In this document: positions 44,377 to 53,604 of the stretch, one piece after another
Layout: every line of letters begins with the position of its first letter
Position numbering within the stretch: the stretch's first letter is position 1
Assembly (NCBI GenBank): GCA_020348445.1
Contig: CP070751.1
Coordinates: forward strand, 516,594-580,593
Reading direction: 5' to 3'
DNA from: Thermoplasmata archaeon
Lineage (GTDB): Archaea > Thermoplasmatota > Thermoplasmata > GCA-020350865
DNA: 64,000 nt
The notes under the pieces: model-generated
Told to the model about the DNA's origin: nothing
Databases searched by the model: none
What the model saw: the letters and a program-made list of their open reading frames with translations, nothing else
Translations under genes and position numbers: made by a program

Positions 44377-45678
44377 TCAATGTCCCTCTATATTTAAGGT
44401 AGCCATGGCCTCACTGACATTGAAAATCGAGCCTGATATGCATATAATCCCGTTTTTTTCCGCTTTTTTTATTGCTTGGCTAACAGCCTCTGCAACATTT
44501 TCGATAACAACAACATCGCTAAGGTACTTTTTTGCCTCGCTTTCTATCCTTTCAGGTAAAGCAGCCCTTTCGAACTTCGGTTTCGTGACTATGATGCAAT
44601 GTGCCTTAGGGGCCACCTCCTTTATAATCCCTGGGATATCCTTATCCCTCATTATACCAATTACAAATGTAAGTGGTCTTTTTGAAAACAAATCCGTCAA
44701 TGTGGATACCAAAGCCCTCATCCCCGCAGGATTATGTGCGCAATCAAGTACTATAGTTGGCTCTTTTTGTACTATTTCCATTCTGGCGGGCCACCTTGTG
44801 GTCTCAAATCCCCTTTTGACACTTTCTTCGGGAATGTCCATTCCTTTCTTTTTTAAAACCTCCAGCGTTAACACGCAAACCAGTGCATTTTTAAGTTGAT
44901 ACTCCCCCAAAAGTGGTATCTTTAAATCTTTATATCGACGATCTTTCAATTCTATCTCAAATATCTGCCCATCAAGACTCGATTCATTACTAATTATATT
45001 CCCTTGCTCCTTATGAGAATATATCTGGGCCTTTTTCTCCTCACATATCTTTTTTATAATATTTAGTATGTCATCATCCTCTATCCCCGTTACAACCGGA
45101 ACATTATTCTTTATTATACCAGCTTTTTCCCTTGCCACTTCCTTAAATGTTTTTCCCAGAACATGTGTATGATCCAAGGCAATGGTTGTAATGACCGAAG
45201 CTGTGGGATATACGACGTTCGTGGCATCCAGTCTTCCACCTAGTCCCACCTCCAGTATGGCGATATCCACTTTTTCTTCCTTAAAGTGCTCAAATGCCAT
45301 TGCACATGCGGTCTCAAAAAAGGTTGGATGGTCGAATTTTCCGCTCTTTACCATTGATTCGGATATGGACTTAATTCTTTCTGCCAGCTGGATTACCTTG
45401 TCCTTGGAAATTTTATTTTGGTCAACCAGAATACGCTCCTCGAAGGATAATAGATGGGGAGATGTAAACAAACCCACCTTGTAACCTGCCGAAACCAAAA
45501 TAGATGAAAGCATGGCACAGACCGAACCCTTGCCGTTTGTACCAGCGACATGTACGGCCTTCATGTTTTTTTGCGGATCGCCCAGTGTTTTTAAAAGAAA
45601 CTCGATTCTCTCAAGCCCCAAGCTCATTCCGTATATCTTGAGGTTAAAGAGATATTCAATGGCTTCATCGTAGTCCAT
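44377..45678 (-). CDS. folC: Folylpolyglutamate synthase / dihydrofolate synthase
   Basis: HVAGTNGKGS, FTSPHL, EVGLGGRLDATN, IAxDH, REKAGIIK, WPARME and DCAHNP motifs. Confidence 0.95.
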   Translation of the reverse strand: MDYDEAIEYLFNLKIYGMSLGLERIEFLLKTLGDPQKNMKAVHVAGTNGKGSVCAMLSSILVSAGYKVGLFTSPHLLSFEERILVDQNKISKDKVIQLAERIKSISESMVKSGKFDHPTFFETACAMAFEHFKEEKVDIAILEVGLGGRLDATNVVYPTASVITTIALDHTHVLGKTFKEVAREKAGIIKNNVPVVTGIEDDDILNIIKKICEEKKAQIYSHKEQGNIISNESSLDGQIFEIELKDRRYKDLKIPLLGEYQLKNALVCVLTLEVLKKKGMDIPEESVKRGFETTRWPARMEIVQKEPTIVLDCAHNPAGMRALVSTLTDLFSKRPLTFVIGIMRDKDIPGIIKEVAPKAHCIIVTKPKFERAALPERIESEAKKYLSDVVVIENVAEAVSQAIKKAEKNGIICISGSIFNVSEAMATLNIEGH

Positions 45679-45800
45679 TTTTCTCCTGCCACCCAAAGCC
45701 TTTCTGGTTAATAAGGCTGACGAAAGAGCAGGTAACCTACTACAACACTCACTGAGGTTTTATGTCCCCTTAAAATCCAAAAGGTATCTTTCGAAAAAGC

Positions 45801-46079
45801 CTATGTTTTTTTAAGAAAGATTTCTATTGAGGACACATTAGCCGTGGTTCCTTCCTCCCCTCTTTCTAAGATCTCAGTGTCAATCTTTATGTCTTTGATG
45901 ACTGCATCTTGCACGAATCTGTGTCTTACGATCTCTGCAACGTCAACTGCTCTGGAAATGGCTCTTCCCCTGGCTTTTATTATGACCTCGTCGAGACCGC
46001 TGTTGAATTGCGTCACCACTGCCAAGACATAGTTCATGGTTGCTTTTTTCCCGATGAATACTGTGTTGTCATCTGCCAT
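45801..46079 (-). CDS. albA: Archaeal chromatin protein Alba
   Basis: [31 protein letters not shown] and VSSIEIFL motifs. Confidence 0.97.
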   Translation of the reverse strand: MADDNTVFIGKKATMNYVLAVVTQFNSGLDEVIIKARGRAISRAVDVAEIVRHRFVQDAVIKDIKIDTEILERGEEGTTANVSSIEIFLKKT

Positions 46080-46206
46080 ATTCTCTCACCTCTCTGTAAC
46101 TATGGGGGTAAGACAGAAGCAGATATACATATAAATATCTTTCGTCAAAAATAGTACGAGTGGAGTAAATAGAGTTCGGGATAGCTCAATTCCATATCCT
46201 AGCAAT

Positions 46207-49164
46207 TTATTCCTGAACATATTCAGGTTCAACTTCTGCTACCTCCCCCTTGAACTCCACTTTGTCTGTTTTTTCGGCACTGAGAATTGCATAGATGGAA
46301 GGCAACAGGAGCATGGCACCTGCCATACTGAAAATGAGCAAGATAATAACCATGGTTATGAATTCCTGGATGGATTGGATATTGATTAAGAAAATGGAAA
46401 GCAGTCCCGCAACGATGGTGGCGGTGGCCTCCAAGAATGTATAACCTGAGGTCTCCACTGATTTTCTTATGCCAGAGAAATCTTCGCCTGATTCCCTTAT
46501 TCGTTCCGTCATGTGGATACCATAATCGATACCTATGCCAACTATAATTGAGCCTATCATGGCTGTAATCAGGTTCAGATCTATACCAGTCACACCCAGG
46601 GTGAGGGGTTCCCAGGCCACAACCATGGAAACGGGTATCATGGTCAGTGCGGCAAGTCTAAGGGAGCGGAAGATAATTATTAGAACAAAGAATACTATGA
46701 CCAGTGCCACGAACAGGCTGAACAGGCTATTGAACATGATCAGGTTGTTCACGGCAACAATAAGGGCCGCAAACCCAGTCAGCTTGGACGTTGATTTTCC
46801 AGCAGGAAATTCATCAACAACGTCGTTTACTGCATCAACAGCTTTCTCTGTTCTTGCCGCATCCATAGAGGGCATGTCGATATAAACCAAGGCCTTGGAA
46901 TAATCTTGGTTAACAAGAAAACCCCTCATTTCCACGGTGAGGCTGTTGTAAAAAATATCTATGATGGCATCTTGAAAGGTTTTTCCCTTTTGATTCAACC
47001 ATAAAGTGTTGATGTTGTCCAGTTGCCCAGCCCTGTCAATAGCATCCCAGAAACTCCTGTTAAGGGTATCTTCCACCTGAGCATCAAAAGCATCAGGCAC
47101 CACCGTTAATATTTGATCTACTATATCTTGGGGTATCTTGATCATCTTCATTACATCTACAACGCTGATGGGCGGGTTTATCTTTATTTTTGGATCATCA
47201 ATCCTTTCGTTAATTTTCTTAAGCTCGTTTTCCATGTCATTTATTTCGTTTAAAACATCGATGTCTTTCATGGAACCTTGACGTCTTTGCACATCCTCTT
47301 CGTAAGGATTTCCCCGAATAAGAACCATACCCAGCATTCCTCCGCCGAACTGCTCGGTGTATTCTTCCATTTTTATTATGGTGGGCTCATCCTGGGGTGC
47401 CATCTCAGTGAGATTCATATTGGCCTGTATCGAGGGAATCAGGGCCAGGGAAAAAATCGTGATAATTATCGCGGCAATTACTATCTTTTTTCTATGTCTT
47501 ATTGGAATCATGCCTATCTTTTCGGCGGAATAAATCTTACCCTTCTTCTCGTAGTCCAAAAGCAAGACCAAACTTGGCACCGTGAGCATGGTGACAATGT
47601 AACATATCATGATGCCAGTTGTTAAACCAAAGCCCAAGACTATCATGGGTACCATGTTCACGAACATAAGAGAGGAGAATCCCACAGCTGTGGTGACTGC
47701 AGAGAGGAATATCGCCTTTCCCGTGGTGTCAATGGCCACCTTCATTCTTTCCTTTTTATCTTTAATATTCTTTTTTTCATCTGAGTATCGATTGGCTATA
47801 TACAAGCCGTACGCCACCCCCAAGGCGAGAAGGATAGGTGCCACCAGAATCACCTGGGGTGAGAGAACCCAGCCCGTAAGACCCATAAGGCCCAGGGTTA
47901 TAATCAAAGAACAGAATATCGGGAATCCCGAAATAATAACTATCTTCGGGGTCCTGTGAAGTAAAATGAGCATACCGCATATCAGGAGCAAGGCAGCAGG
48001 CAATACCACAGAAAATTCCTGATAAGTCCTTGCGGTCAGGGCCACTGTCATGGGAACAGGCCCTGTTGGGGTCATGGCACAGTGAACATTTTGGGCTTCA
48101 ACTCTTTCCCACCATTTCTCTTTACTGTTTTCATGGCCACTTTCCACCCTTGTGTCTATAAAATATGGCTTTATTAACTTGTATACATCATCCATCAACT
48201 TTTCCTGATTATCACTTACAACACCCATTATGACGCCTGCGCTGTCCCATATTCCGTCATTGTTTGTATCTGCCACCAGTAATCTTCTGGTGTCCTCTGG
48301 GATTTGGGCAACTATCCGGTCTATATCCTCCTGATCATCGGGTATCTCGTAATCCCCCGAAGGCTCAAAGAGGCTAAATGGAATCCCGACTTCATTTGAT
48401 GCCTCTTCTTGTATGCGTTTTGGTGCGGAGTTTATTTCTTTTATAAGGGTCGATATGCTCAAAACAAAGGATATCTCGTCCTCTTCCCCATTATCTTCCT
48501 TGTTATAATCCAAGGTCTCCTCGATTGTGCTGATTTCATCTAAAACAACTTTATCGGTGATATTTGTGGGATAGGTGATATCGAATTTATTCGGGGTTTC
48601 CACAAAAAAAACTATCATATCTGTGGACCAATCTTGGTTTACCTCGTTTAAAATCTTCGATGTATCATCATCCTGGGGAAGATAGACTTTCATGTCACCG
48701 CTTATATTTTCTATCATTCGCGGGATTCCTGCGACACCGATTATTATTGTAATAAGCAGAACGATAATGATTATCATTTTGGGGTAGGTAAGTACGGTAT
48801 CCATTATTGCAGTAGGTGAACTGGCTCTGCGCATTCTCTTTGTGAAATAAAGACTCTTTTTTTCGATTACTTGGGCCTTTTTCTCGGCTTTTTCTGTAAT
48901 TTCCGTTGCTTTAACCACAGCCTGCTTCCCTATGGTCTCCAGACCCTCCTTTGCCTCATCTGCGGTATCCACGGCCTTTGACATCTTGGAATCTATCGCC
49001 GTATCCATCCTGTGGAATCTTTCCTTTATTTTTGTTATGAACAGTGGGGTTGTACTTGCCGCTGTTTCCTCTGCTGGTATTACCAAACCCACCCCGCATT
49101 CATCGCAGAGATTCCAATCCTCTTCAAACTCCTTTTGGCATTTTGGGCATATCTTTTGGGTCAT
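46207..49164 (-). CDS. RND/MMPL-family transporter (archaeal type) with an N-terminal zinc ribbon
   Basis: Two repeats of TM + large loop + 5 TM; LGVAYGLYIANRY and GIGIDYGIHMTER; N-terminal CPKC...CDECG. Confidence 0.88.
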   Translation of the reverse strand: MTQKICPKCQKEFEEDWNLCDECGVGLVIPAEETAASTTPLFITKIKERFHRMDTAIDSKMSKAVDTADEAKEGLETIGKQAVVKATEITEKAEKKAQVIEKKSLYFTKRMRRASSPTAIMDTVLTYPKMIIIIVLLITIIIGVAGIPRMIENISGDMKVYLPQDDDTSKILNEVNQDWSTDMIVFFVETPNKFDITYPTNITDKVVLDEISTIEETLDYNKEDNGEEDEISFVLSISTLIKEINSAPKRIQEEASNEVGIPFSLFEPSGDYEIPDDQEDIDRIVAQIPEDTRRLLVADTNNDGIWDSAGVIMGVVSDNQEKLMDDVYKLIKPYFIDTRVESGHENSKEKWWERVEAQNVHCAMTPTGPVPMTVALTARTYQEFSVVLPAALLLICGMLILLHRTPKIVIISGFPIFCSLIITLGLMGLTGWVLSPQVILVAPILLALGVAYGLYIANRYSDEKKNIKDKKERMKVAIDTTGKAIFLSAVTTAVGFSSLMFVNMVPMIVLGFGLTTGIMICYIVTMLTVPSLVLLLDYEKKGKIYSAEKIGMIPIRHRKKIVIAAIIITIFSLALIPSIQANMNLTEMAPQDEPTIIKMEEYTEQFGGGMLGMVLIRGNPYEEDVQRRQGSMKDIDVLNEINDMENELKKINERIDDPKIKINPPISVVDVMKMIKIPQDIVDQILTVVPDAFDAQVEDTLNRSFWDAIDRAGQLDNINTLWLNQKGKTFQDAIIDIFYNSLTVEMRGFLVNQDYSKALVYIDMPSMDAARTEKAVDAVNDVVDEFPAGKSTSKLTGFAALIVAVNNLIMFNSLFSLFVALVIVFFVLIIIFRSLRLAALTMIPVSMVVAWEPLTLGVTGIDLNLITAMIGSIIVGIGIDYGIHMTERIRESGEDFSGIRKSVETSGYTFLEATATIVAGLLSIFLINIQSIQEFITMVIILLIFSMAGAMLLLPSIYAILSAEKTDKVEFKGEVAEVEPEYVQE

Positions 49165-49288
49165 TTCTTACCGCCCTATAAGTTCTGGTTGATGGTAATG
49201 AAGTTGCGAGGTAAATATATTATGGTTTGGATTTTTGACTTTTTGTGCATCTGGACGCATCATCCTGCTTCACCTCGTAATCTAAATT

Positions 49289-49597
49289 TCAACCATCATC
49301 TGTTTTTTTTGTGGATTTACCACTCCCGTTGCACACGCTGCATGTTACAGGAATAACAACAGGTCTTTCAAGAATCCTGAACTTCTTTGCACAAGCGCCG
49401 CATCTGCAAGTTCCTGTTCCATAGCAGTGGGGACAGCGATCAGATTCCTTTCTTATAATCAATGTATCTTCTTCGCAGTAGATGAGCACCTCATCCTTGT
49501 CTTTTATATCCAGGGCTGTGCATATCTCGTTTGGAAGTGTTACCTGAAGGGAACCGCCCCGCTTTTGAATTCTCCTCTTCCACTGGATTCTGCCCAT
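49289..49597 (-). CDS. AbrB/MazE/SpoVT-type DNA-binding protein fused to a Cys-rich zinc finger
   Basis: RRIQKRGGSLQVTLP...ALDIKDKDEV...LIIRK followed by CPHCYGTG, CRCGAC and CSVCNGSG. Confidence 0.75.
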   Translation of the reverse strand: MGRIQWKRRIQKRGGSLQVTLPNEICTALDIKDKDEVLIYCEEDTLIIRKESDRCPHCYGTGTCRCGACAKKFRILERPVVIPVTCSVCNGSGKSTKKTDDG

Positions 49598-49811
49598 AGT
49601 TACACCCGAGTGGCATTCAAGTTACATTTAGATATAACTTATTATACTATTTAAATGTTTCTTGGAATAGAACATTTTTTAGATAATTTTGGGCAGTTCC
49701 TCTAATTGGTGACAAACTAAAGGTTATAAGAAATCCGAGCCCATACTTGTCTTTTTGTAAGTAGAAATATAACCAATAATCGGCATACTATTTCGAAAGG
49801 GCGTAAGATGT

Positions 49812-50834
49812 ATGAACAGAGGCTGGAACATTATTATAATACTGGCAATGGTGTTTGGAATCATAATTGCTATAATCGCTGTAAATATATCCACCCAATC
49901 AGAGATAACACCAACAAATGAATTCTTTGTAGTATCAATTAGCGAGTCTCCAAAAATCGATGTGGAAGATTGGACCCTCAGGGTGAACGGTCTTGTTGAA
50001 AATCCATTGAACTTATCCTATGATAATATTACCAATTTCCCTTCCACAAGTGAAATAGTGACTCTTCAATGTGTCGCGGGCCCATCAGGTACGGCAAACT
50101 GGACTGGTGTGAGGTTGAAGGCTGTACTGGATATGGCTGGAATATTGCATAATGCACATGAGGTGATTTTTTATGCCGCAGACGGATATTCCAGCAGCCT
50201 AACCCTGGACTATGCCCAAAATCCTGATGTGATACTTGCCTACAAAATGAATGGTGAAACCCTGCCCAGGGACCACGGATATCCCCTTCGTTTGGTTGCA
50301 CCTGGAAAATATGGATACAAATGGGTCAAATGGATCACGCATATTGAGGTTGTTGATTACGATTACAAGGGATACTGGGAAAGCAGGGGATACGATGATG
50401 AGGCAGATATACCGGCGTATTCAAATTGGGGAGCTCACAGCATCGCCCTTACTGTGTCGGCCTATTTTGGATCCCTTGCCCTTATTTCTGGTTTAAACTA
50501 TTCAAATCAAGTGGAATTTGGTAAGAAATCACAAAAGATGTTTTCCAGGAAATTTCATTTTGGAACGTCCATTATGTACCTTGGTATCCTGCTTCCAGTT
50601 TCTATTCATCGTGTTTTTTTTACCATTGAAAATCGGGGTAGTTTTCCCAATTCAAGTCATGGATATCTAGCATTGGCCGTGATAATTCTCGGAATCCTGA
50701 ATGTCAGTACAGGTTATCTTTTAGCCAAGAAAGTCGAAAAGATGAGGATGATTCACTTTATCGTAACCTTGTTTGGATTTCTCATTTTACTTGGAACGAT
50801 ATTGACAGGATTATTCATCATTGGATTGAATTAG
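49812..50834 (+). CDS. Molybdopterin-dependent oxidoreductase (sulfite oxidase/MsrP family) with a C-terminal 4-TM His-containing module
   Basis: WTLRVNGLV, Mo-ligand LQCV, WTGVRL, LAYKMNGETLPRDHGYPLRLVAPGKYGYKWVKWI and GYWE motifs; then four TM helices. Confidence 0.88.
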   Translation: MNRGWNIIIILAMVFGIIIAIIAVNISTQSEITPTNEFFVVSISESPKIDVEDWTLRVNGLVENPLNLSYDNITNFPSTSEIVTLQCVAGPSGTANWTGVRLKAVLDMAGILHNAHEVIFYAADGYSSSLTLDYAQNPDVILAYKMNGETLPRDHGYPLRLVAPGKYGYKWVKWITHIEVVDYDYKGYWESRGYDDEADIPAYSNWGAHSIALTVSAYFGSLALISGLNYSNQVEFGKKSQKMFSRKFHFGTSIMYLGILLPVSIHRVFFTIENRGSFPNSSHGYLALAVIILGILNVSTGYLLAKKVEKMRMIHFIVTLFGFLILLGTILTGLFIIGLN

Positions 50835-50942
50835 AAAGAATGTTACCCATCTGAAAAATTCTAAGACTGTTGAATTTTCCCATAATTATTAAAAGCAGTA
50901 TTTCATAAATCTTATTACCATCAAACCACCTTCTCCCTTACA

Positions 50943-51887
50943 ATGAATTTCACTGAATATTTCTATTCTCTTGTGAAGCAGATACCAAAAGGCAAAGTGA
51001 GCACTTACGGTGCACTGGCCAGGGCGTTGGGTGATATCAGGGCCTCAAGGGCAGTGGGAAGGATGCTAAATCAAAATCCCTACGCCCCTATTGTTCCATG
51101 TCACAGGGTTGTGATGAGCGACGGCTCCCTGGGCGGATTTGGGACCGGAATCGAGAAAAAGATCAAGCTTCTTAAAAAGGAGGGTGTGAAGGTATCTGGA
51201 AACGACATCTTGGATTTTGAAAAGGCATTATTTACGGATTTTATGTCTGATTTCCCCCTAAAAAAGATGAGGAATGAGCAAAAGAGGTTAAGAAAATCGG
51301 TAAGGCTAGAAGATGGGTTTGATGACATTGAAACTGTTGGTGGGGTGGATGTTGCGTATTCCCACAAGGGCTTCGGGGGATTGGTGGTATATGATTACAA
51401 GAGTTTCGATATAAACAAAAGGGTAAGTGTAAAGGATGAGATCGACATGCCCTACATTCCAACATACCTTGCATTTCGTGAATTGCCCCTCATCGAAAAA
51501 TTACTAAAAAAATACAAGCAAGGGCCTTCTGTTCTTCTGATCGATGGAAACGGTGTACTTCATCCGTATGGAATGGGCATAGCCTCCCATGTTGGTGTGA
51601 AACTAGATATACCCACGATCGGTGTGGCAAAAAAATTATTATGTGGAGAACAAAAGGATGATAAGATTTTACCTGGTGAGTATTCTGAGGTGGAGTACGA
51701 GGGTAATCTGGTTGGATACGCATACCGGAGTTCTCCAAGGACAAAAAAACCGATCTACATCTCCCCTGGACATATGGTTTCCTTTGAAACTTCATTAGAG
51801 GTTATCAAGAACTTTTGTAAATACAAATTACCTGAACCAATTAGGTCTGCACACAAACTTGCCACAGAAGCGAGAAATTCCGCATAA
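50943..51887 (+). CDS. nfi: O6-alkylguanine-DNA alkyltransferase / endonuclease V fusion (AGT-EndoV)
   Basis: IPKGKVSTYG, RAVG and active-site PCHRVV; EndoV motifs GGVDVAY, YIPTYLAFRE, IDGNGVLHP, TIGVAK and PEPIRSAH. Confidence 0.93.
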   Translation: MNFTEYFYSLVKQIPKGKVSTYGALARALGDIRASRAVGRMLNQNPYAPIVPCHRVVMSDGSLGGFGTGIEKKIKLLKKEGVKVSGNDILDFEKALFTDFMSDFPLKKMRNEQKRLRKSVRLEDGFDDIETVGGVDVAYSHKGFGGLVVYDYKSFDINKRVSVKDEIDMPYIPTYLAFRELPLIEKLLKKYKQGPSVLLIDGNGVLHPYGMGIASHVGVKLDIPTIGVAKKLLCGEQKDDKILPGEYSEVEYEGNLVGYAYRSSPRTKKPIYISPGHMVSFETSLEVIKNFCKYKLPEPIRSAHKLATEARNSA

Positions 51888-51964
51888 CAGATATTACTTT
51901 CATTCACCCCCTCTGTCCTGATTTAAGTATTTAATAAACATAGCTTCCCATAAGAGGGGAGCAT

Positions 51965-52099
51965 TTGGATAAAAATAATCACCATAGAATCCTTCGATTT
52001 GGAAAATATTCACACTTATGTCCCGATTGCGGGGAGGATCTTGTGGCCTTGAGCGGTTGCCTTGTTTGTCGAAGCTGTGGATATTCACCCTGCGGATGA
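51965..52099 (+). CDS. 44-aa CPxCG zinc-ribbon microprotein; not in the ORF track
   Basis: TTG start after GAGGGGAG; MDKNNHHRILRFGKYSHLCPDCGEDLVALSGCLVCRSCGYSPCG*; AT-rich TATA-like element about 30-40 nt upstream. Confidence 0.8.
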   Translation: MDKNNHHRILRFGKYSHLCPDCGEDLVALSGCLVCRSCGYSPCG

Positions 52100-52256
52100 G
52101 GGTGTTATAACCGTTAGTATAACATTAATTCTTATTATTGATACTTTCACCCACCTCCTGAAATCTCACTTAAATAAGACTTTGCTCATATCATATATTG
52201 TCTTCGGAGTTCCCGTTTCCCGGAGACAGAGAATAACCAAACGGAGGTGAAAATGT

Positions 52257-52478
52257 ATGGTACAATCCGATCTGATTGGCTATGTGCGCAAGAGCAACGG
52301 CGGTAACGCTTTGAAGCTCAGCATATCGGCAGAGGCTTTTGATTCGGCTCAGAGGTACCTGTCCCAGGATGGGAAGGAGTACGTCGGCCTTATAGTCAAC
52401 CTCGCAAAAGTTCAGGAAATCCTGGACGACACAAGAGATGTGACAAGCATCTGCCAGATAATAAATGAGGAAGTGTAA
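52257..52478 (+). CDS. Small hypothetical protein (73 aa)
   Basis: Strong GGAGGTGA RBS, its own oligo-T terminator and a folded beta-rich composition (IGYVRKSNGGNALKLSIS...EYVGLIVN). Confidence 0.75.
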   Translation: MVQSDLIGYVRKSNGGNALKLSISAEAFDSAQRYLSQDGKEYVGLIVNLAKVQEILDDTRDVTSICQIINEEV

Positions 52479-52493
52479 AGCCCCCTTCTATCT

Positions 52494-52543
52494 TTTTGAT
52501 TTTTTTATTTTTTTTTATTTTTTCTAATTTTTTTTTACTTTTT
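52494..52543 (+). terminator. Oligo-T terminator tract after the 73-aa gene
   Basis: Several T5-T10 runs just after the stop, between convergent genes. Confidence 0.6.
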
Positions 52544-53404
52544 CAAAGTGAATTTTTCCCCGCAGTCCGGGCATTCGAAGACGATTGTATCTTTCGTGCT
52601 CTTTGTGGTTATAAAAACATAATTTTGGCATTTTATGCACTGCTCGAAGGTCTGCCCATCCTCGTTTATGTGTCTTGCCCATCGAAGTAATGCCTTTTCT
52701 TCTTCGCTTGAGGGCTCCCTTGTGAGCATTTCCACTTTCTCGGATACAGTAGGTGTTGGTTTGAGCTCAGTAACCACCTCTTTTGGTCCGACATCTTCCT
52801 TTACCACCACACTGACAGGTCTTTCGGGCTCAACAGGGGCAACAACCTCTGAAGATGGTTCTGCTGTTACCTCTGCAGTGGGTTTTGGTTCTCTTTTGGG
52901 GAGACGAACTTTTGGGACTCCTGGGCCTGATGCGCTTGGAAGGCGCCATTCGAGAAAACCCACGACGGCGCATAATAAAAATCCGATAATAATCAGCCAG
53001 AGCCCCACACCAGGATATCGGGCATATTTGCCATAGCCACTATCCCAAGAATCTGTAAAACGGGAGGCTTCAACAGCATAAGTTAAAAAGAACCAAAAAC
53101 CCCAAATCATAAGAATAAATGGTTTAATATTGATTCGTGTAGTACCTTTCTCAACAAATAAATTGAACTTCAAATAAAGGAGGGTAGCAATTAGGATCGC
53201 TGAGAATAGGGGTAACAATATGAATAAACCCCAAAAATCATAGTCAAAATAAGAAATAGAACCGGAATTTGTAGTGCCCTCATACTCAAAATCTTCGACG
53301 AAATAGGGTAAAAACGGTCCAATAATCAAGAAAAGGACGGCCAGTAATCCCAGCTTCTTTCCAATTGACCAAGTGGAAGGCTTCTCGAAATCCAAAGAGA
53401 CCAT
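52535..53404 (-). CDS. Hypothetical membrane protein: ~4 TM helices, a P/E/V/T-rich linker and a C-terminal zinc ribbon
   Basis: Hydrophobic helices in the first ~150 aa; CIKC...CPDCG at the C-terminus. Confidence 0.75.
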   Translation of the reverse strand: MVSLDFEKPSTWSIGKKLGLLAVLFLIIGPFLPYFVEDFEYEGTTNSGSISYFDYDFWGLFILLPLFSAILIATLLYLKFNLFVEKGTTRINIKPFILMIWGFWFFLTYAVEASRFTDSWDSGYGKYARYPGVGLWLIIIGFLLCAVVGFLEWRLPSASGPGVPKVRLPKREPKPTAEVTAEPSSEVVAPVEPERPVSVVVKEDVGPKEVVTELKPTPTVSEKVEMLTREPSSEEEKALLRWARHINEDGQTFEQCIKCQNYVFITTKSTKDTIVFECPDCGEKFTLKK

Positions 53405-53604
53405 ATTACCTCTCTCACGCCGGCAAATGGTTTTAATTATAATAAAGATGTTGGTAATCCCTGTTAAAACCCTGTTTTTCAGAAAAACAATAATAACAAA
53501 ATCAAATCAAAAATTTTATATAGACACATCACATTACCCTATTTGTCTGACACATGTAAGTCGCAAGAGGTCATATTGACCTACGTCAGAGGAACAGTGG
53601 ATTT

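Noticed and set aside
45716-45770. CTGACGAAAG resembling a hammerhead ribozyme core
   Set aside because: There is no stem II between CUGANGA and GAAA, and no stems I/III or cleavage triplet in the right arrangement.
49289-49597. Type II toxin-antitoxin module
   Set aside because: An AbrB/MazE-like gene is present, but no PIN/MazF/RelE toxin ORF is adjacent.
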